Notes under the pieces: model-generated | Told to the model about the DNA's origin: nothing | Database searches by the model: none | The model's input: the letters and a program-made list of their open reading frames with translations, nothing else | Shown: piece by piece, positions 59,701 through 64,000 of the stretch | Numbering within the stretch: the stretch's first letter is position 1 | Layout of the letters: every line of letters begins with the position of its first letter | Origin: Antedon mediterranea | Lineage: Eukaryota; Animalia; Echinodermata | NCBI RefSeq assembly: GCF_964355755.1 | Contig: NC_092680.1 | Span: 1,798,001 to 1,862,000 of the forward strand | Reading direction: 5' to 3' | DNA: 64,000 bases | Program-made: the position numbers and the translations under genes

Positions 59701-62004
59701 GGGCACTCACTACTAAACGTACTTCAATTATGATCAAACTTGAAGATTAAAATTCAATTTTAAAAGTTTTTAGATTTAAATTGATAAGATATTATTACCA
59801 CTGGCATTGTATTTGAAAAAGTTTTGTGCTAAAAAGGTTTATGGTTAAGGGTGGCAAAATCAGTCTTTTTTGGGGGAAACTCAGATCTGGAAATTGTGAA
59901 GATATTTTAGATAGTTTTTGGTTACTTAAAGTGAGAATTAACAATGTATTCATCAATGTCATATCTTGAATTTATAATTTTACTATTTTTATAACTTATA
60001 AATTTAGTGTAAATATTACATTACTGTATATCTACATTGTCATTACTGTATTTTGGGAGGTAGGAAGGTGATGAATACTATGTAAGTAAGTAAAGGTTTT
60101 AGAACTTAACAGTTTGATTATATTTACTGTTTTTTTTATTGATTTATTTTCAATTACCACTTTTAATATTTTGTCTATAATGGATTTGTTACTTTTTCAA
60201 GAATTGTGCCACTGCACTGAAGTATAAATAATACTATACTTTTTATTTAAACATTAGTACAATTGGCAACTCAGAAACAGGTCGTTCTAGTAGTGTAATC
60301 ATATACTACCTAATAATAAACATGATTACCAAGTAATTTCCATATATTACAGAATGCTATATGAGTATTATGCTAATGTATAAAGTTCACCAGATAACGC
60401 ACCTGATAGGAGGAAGTCGTCCAGTTGAATTGACACAAGGATAAGTTCCTATTACCATACAATTATCAATTAATTCTAGCATTTAAATTACACCATAGAA
60501 CTGAAAACTGGTTAAACAGAATGATTATTGATTAATGGAAAACATTGTTTGGCTTTTTTCTAGGTGATTAACCTATTGCATTAGCTGGCAATTGAATTAG
60601 AACAGTTTCACTTTGTTGAGTCTTAAAGTTATTCCAGAAATAATAGTTGATAGACTAGGATCTAAGACATAGTACATTCTAGAGTTTGGTGCCAATATTT
60701 ATCAAACCCATTTTTAGGTCCATGTGTCTTGGATTCGTTATTCATTTTCACTTTGTTCAATATGTAACAGTGATCGGAAAAATTAATTTCAGGTCCAGGT
60801 CTTGGATTCTCTTTTCATTTAAACTTTTCTTCAATACATGTCTTAACAGTGATCGGAAAAATCAATTTAAGTGGACGACGATTTACGACAAATGATGTAA
60901 TGCTTAGAGGTCCTCGGTCATAGAAAAGAGAAAGCTCCCTAATATTGTAAGGACCACAAGTTAAAAATCATTTTTAGTGGCAGTTTATGACAATAATATC
61001 TACTAGATTTTAATGTCTCCTTATTTTATACAAAAGCAACTAAAGGCTAATGCCCTTTATACAACTTGAGACAACAGTGAAACCACAATACAAATAAATG
61101 TCTATAATACAGTCTAAAAGGTTCCTTAACAAAAGCATAGCAGGTAAAAACAACCTCATTTGACTACAATCAATCCAAAATTCAAGGACAATTGTACCAT
61201 ATTAAACGTTTTTTATGAAAAAATAATATTTAAAGTTTATTGAATACCTACAGTACCTACTATACTTATAGTTTGTAATAAAAAATTAGGCCAAATAAAA
61301 ATAATAAAAGTCTCTATCATAATTATGATATACTATTAATTAAAGCGTTTTTATGTATTTTTTCGCCAAAATTGCATGATCATGGTCATCAATCATTCTG
61401 ATGTGGGACCTGGACCAATCAAACTATTCTCATGTTGGCCAATATAGAAGCCTTCATAAAAAAACTGCATAACTATAAAAATTTATGTTAAATGTTAAAC
61501 CAAAACTGTTGCCACCCCTCTCCACTTAACACATTCTTGACTGAATACAGCTAGTAATAAGTCACAAAGAAATCAATCAAATTCATTTACAACATAGTTG
61601 ATACAGTATGTACACGTAATTTGAAATCTCAACATTGCACAATTTATTTACAGATTTGTAATTTATAACTTAATACGTACGTAGAGTACACTGGTGGGTA
61701 TTACTTAAAAACAATTTCATTTGTAATATTCAATAATCATATAAAAATATAAATATTGTTAGTTGGTAAACACAAAATTTCAACACGGTTAATTAAAAAA
61801 GCTTATTTACACCTATAATGATGAACCTACCTGACCATGGTAACGGAAACCATATTTTAGGGCTAAACTACTAGCCACTTTCTCCCCACCTGAAACGTGC
61901 ACCGCAAATTGATTGGAATACAGTTCTCCAACAACAACACTTAGGAATGGTAAAAACAACGTTAAGCATCCAATTATTGACGGAATCAGTGATGTCAAAT
62001 TCAT
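34851..62004 (-). CDS. PCSK5: Proprotein convertase subtilisin/kexin type 5-like (PC5B / furin-2-like, long Cys-rich, membrane-anchored form)
   Basis: About 31 exons: 61831-62004 (signal peptide), 58305-58409, 57734-57823 (HRSKR prodomain site), 55402-55527 (VVSILDDG), 54691-54767, 53854-53942 (HGTRCAG), 53281-53453 (SWGPDDDG), 52741-52953 (WASGNGG), 52549-52649 (HTGTSASAP), 52140-52243, 51766-51883, 51054-51361 (P domain) and 50386-50641. About 17 exons of furin-like Cys-rich repeats follow between ~49940 and ~35640. The last exon ~34851-35200 has a TM helix, YDRI and an acidic tail. PCSK5 versus furin-2 orthology is not resolved. Confidence 0.9.
37950..38091. repeat. 23-bp G-rich minisatellite (GGGGTAGGGGAATTACCCACTCT), about 6 copies
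   Basis: Tandem copies seen directly. Confidence 0.85.
38710..38866. repeat. (AAT)n and (GATTAT)n microsatellites
   Basis: Seen directly at ~38710-38750 and ~38830-38866. Confidence 0.85.
40491..41892. repeat. 52-bp minisatellite (~9 copies) interrupted by a TIR element
   Basis: Unit CAAGACTAAGTATTTGTTTACTGCATGTCATGGGTGATTTGTAAAACACATC at 40491-40717 and 41645-41892. Confidence 0.9.
40718..41644. mobile_element. Non-autonomous DNA transposon (927 bp, PIF/Harbinger-like)
   Basis: Perfect ~36-bp TIR CGCCCGTATTCTTAAACCGGACTTTAGTCGTAGTTCG. Inserted at the TAA of a minisatellite unit, with flanks TAA / TGA. Subterminal CGACTAAA motifs. Confidence 0.88.
43005..43301 (-). mobile_element. tRNA-derived SINE, decayed copy
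   Basis: Reverse-complement similarity to 29134-29455 (GAGTGGCCAAGCGGTCAAGACAGTGGAAACG...). Confidence 0.75.
44281..44570 (+). mobile_element. tRNA-derived SINE, decayed copy
   Basis: Colinear with 29134-29455 (GCGGTCAAGACAGTGGAACCGTAA...GGGTTCGAGGCTCACTCACTCCATG...GTCTTTGACTGAAGAG). Confidence 0.8.
46693..49669. mobile_element. MITE family A copy swollen by an internal satellite
   Basis: Left TIR AGCTCTGTCTAAACTATCAAAC at 46693 and right TIR GTTTGATAGTGTAGACAGAGCT ending at 49669. The 5' body is the same as in the short family A copies. Confidence 0.88.
46770..49640. repeat. 21-bp tandem satellite (TTTGGGCACATCACTACAATA and variants), about 137 units
   Basis: Seen directly. The 7-aa periodic ORFs in five frames show there are no frame-shifting indels. 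It lies in a PCSK5 intron. Confidence 0.97.
52385..52500. repeat. (GAT/CAT)n trinucleotide microsatellite
   Basis: Seen directly; intronic. Confidence 0.85.
54938..55245. repeat. 24-bp (TTGTTTAATATCTACATATATCTA) and 37-bp minisatellites
   Basis: Tandem copies at ~54938-55065 and ~55138-55245. Confidence 0.8.
56061..57545. repeat. 64-bp minisatellite (~10 copies) interrupted by a TIR element
   Basis: Unit CATGACCCAGTATACACACACAAGCAATGCCTATAGCTGAACAGGCAATCTATACACAGTCAGT at 56061-56648, resuming at 57488. Confidence 0.9.
56649..57487. mobile_element. Non-autonomous DNA transposon with long (~185 bp) TIRs built of 17-bp subterminal repeats
   Basis: CGGTT...AACCG termini and tandem CAAGTCAACTCGGCC(T/C) motifs mirrored at both ends. 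TATACA is duplicated at 56643-56648 and 57488-57493. Superfamily unresolved. Confidence 0.85.
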
Positions 62005-62587
62005 TGTGTAAACCTCAACAATGACACAAATAAATTAGGTTATAAAACAGTAATATCACAGGTTTGGTCACAAGCCAATCGTCGTCACACTGACACCAAA
62101 AGATGGGTTCTCCTCGGCACCTGTACAATAACCTAGGCGCCTAGTGACTGAGTTTACACTGTGCTTAAATTACGGAAACAATATCACGTCTTTTTCATCA
62201 CAGCCACACTTAATGCTGTCAAATACACCAAAATGTCCCCATGTATAACTAAGCTGTTTCGGCTGATTGACAGAATAACTTTCTAAGCTTCTTCAAATAA
62301 TTGAATAAAAGAAGATTAATTTCGAAATTTTGCGACCTTCTTTTTCGTATTATCACTGGTGACGAAGTTGAGAAAGAATGTTCACAAAGAACACTGTGTT
62401 GAGTTGACTCGCTCAGTTTGCTTGTGCTCTAGCTTGTTGCGTGACATCTATTAAATGGTGGTATAGTGTGGCGGTTTCAGAGAGCCGCAACATGATGACA
62501 TCTCTGCGAAATGCAGCATACTATTCCTGTACATGCGCACCGTACCTCCTCATAAGTAAATAAAAAATAAATAGGTAAAGATATTAA

Positions 62588-63130
62588 AGATGTATTGTCC
62601 CTTGAAACACAAAAAATAAAAAAAATATTCTAAATATAAATTGACCATATCAAAGTAATATTAAAGTTATTCACTTTAAGTCGAAAATTCGAGGCAAAAA
62701 CAACAAGTTTACGTAATTAACAGGTAAATTAATTTGATTACATTTCGTCTGGAAAATCGTCACAAGCGAAAGTAAACAAAGATTTCAAACCATTAGTATG
62801 CATTATGCATGATGCTAATTAGGATTGTTTGCAACTCGTCGCGGTTGGGAAGGTGTTTTCACACAGATCGCGAAGAAGTTTTATGATTATCCATACAGAG
62901 TAGCCAAACAAGCACGTTGCATTATGAGATATGTTTTGATCGAAAACTTTGACTGGAAGTCAAAGTTATTTTTTGAACAAAAAAACGTCTGTATTTCGGT
63001 TAAATTATTTTTTTTTCGACTAATTTTTGGTGAAAGTTAATTAACTATTATGATACTTCAAAATGACGCACTTTTTTCGAAATATTAAAAAATGTTTTTT
63101 TGTTGAATTAGTCAAAGGGACAATACATCT
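62588..63130. mobile_element. Non-autonomous Kolobok-like DNA transposon (family D)
   Basis: TTAA|AGATGTATTGTCCC ... GGGACAATACATCT|TTAA. A TTAA TSD with RR...YY termini is the Kolobok signature. The second copy is at 18102-18647. Confidence 0.8.
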
Positions 63131-63215
63131 TTAAAAGATCCAAATTAATTATTTAATACAGTGGTGGCGCCAGCGGGGGGCCGGGGGGGCCAGGCCCCCC
63201 CCCCGTCGGGGAAAG

Positions 63216-63255
<40 letters not shown>

Positions 63256-64000
63256 TCGGGGAGTATTGGCCATATTTGTCGGGGAGAAAAATATGATCAT
63301 TTCTTTTCTGGTAAAAAATAAAACAATATTAAGTGTACTACTATATATTTTAAGTAACTGCGGCATTCCATTTTTGACGTACGTACGATATACTGACAGC
63401 GAAGTAAACAGTATGTGGTACGCATTTGTCTGGCGGTGTCTGTTTGTACGAATCTTTCACTCACTGCGGTATACGCGTCGACATATCTGGGCTGTATCAT
63501 ATTACATCCAGGGACCAAAATATGTATTTTTCAGATTCCAGGCGAAAATCGAAAATTCATTTGCAACTACGCATCGACGTACGTTCATACAGGGATAAAG
63601 GTACGAGTTATGTTCTCACGGTTGAGTTTACGAATTGTTTCAATTTACCAATAACCCTTGCGTATATGTTCGCTGTCGATTAAAGGGGTTTGGGTGGGGG
63701 TTCGATTGGGAAAAGGAAGCGGTTGGCCCGAACCATAAAACAGGGTCTGGTCACGTTTCTTTTCGCGCATAAATCTCGATCTAGGGTAGGTGGGTGAATA
63801 GGGTGGCTTACTTCTAAAGGGAAAAAAAAGATGCAACAAACCCGTGACCGTCGCTAGACGCGGATTCGGCGCACTTGACTCTTTTAATTAAGAAGAGTAG
63901 GCTAGAGCTATAGTTGTGTAAATAGGCCTACATAGTGAAAGAACTATTTATGAATTCAAGAGTTTAAAAAGAAAACGCAATTTAAAATCTTCGGAAAATA

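Noticed and set aside
63145-63598. Poly-Pro and poly-Gly ORFs
   Set aside because: They are translations of C/G homopolymer runs, with no supporting splice structure or domain.

Overview
AT-rich, intron-rich animal genomic DNA, most likely a marine invertebrate; it is not prokaryotic. It holds five spliced genes. Three are gamma-glutamyltranspeptidase (GGT)-family paralogs: GGT-A on the minus strand, running off the left edge, then GGT-B and GGT-C on the plus strand. The other two are an AidB/ACDH-11-type acyl-CoA dehydrogenase (+) and a ~31-exon PCSK5/furin-2-like proprotein convertase (-) in its long membrane-bound form. Introns carry several MITE families (PIF/Harbinger-, hAT- and Kolobok-like), tRNA-derived SINEs, a decayed CR1-group LINE and minisatellites. 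Four observations stand out. (1) The same intron in GGT-B and GGT-C starts with ATAAGT instead of GTAAGT and restores the reading frame only if it ends in AA, suggesting a conserved non-canonical AT-AA intron; GGT-A has GT at that position. (2) GGT-B and GGT-C keep the catalytic Thr and oxyanion hole but have lost the acidic residues that bind the gamma-glutamyl alpha-amino group, suggesting a change of substrate. (3) The last exon of GGT-B is duplicated, and the proximal copy is truncated. (4) A ~2.9-kb 21-bp satellite has expanded inside one copy of a dispersed MITE. All exon models were read by eye and need RNA-seq confirmation.
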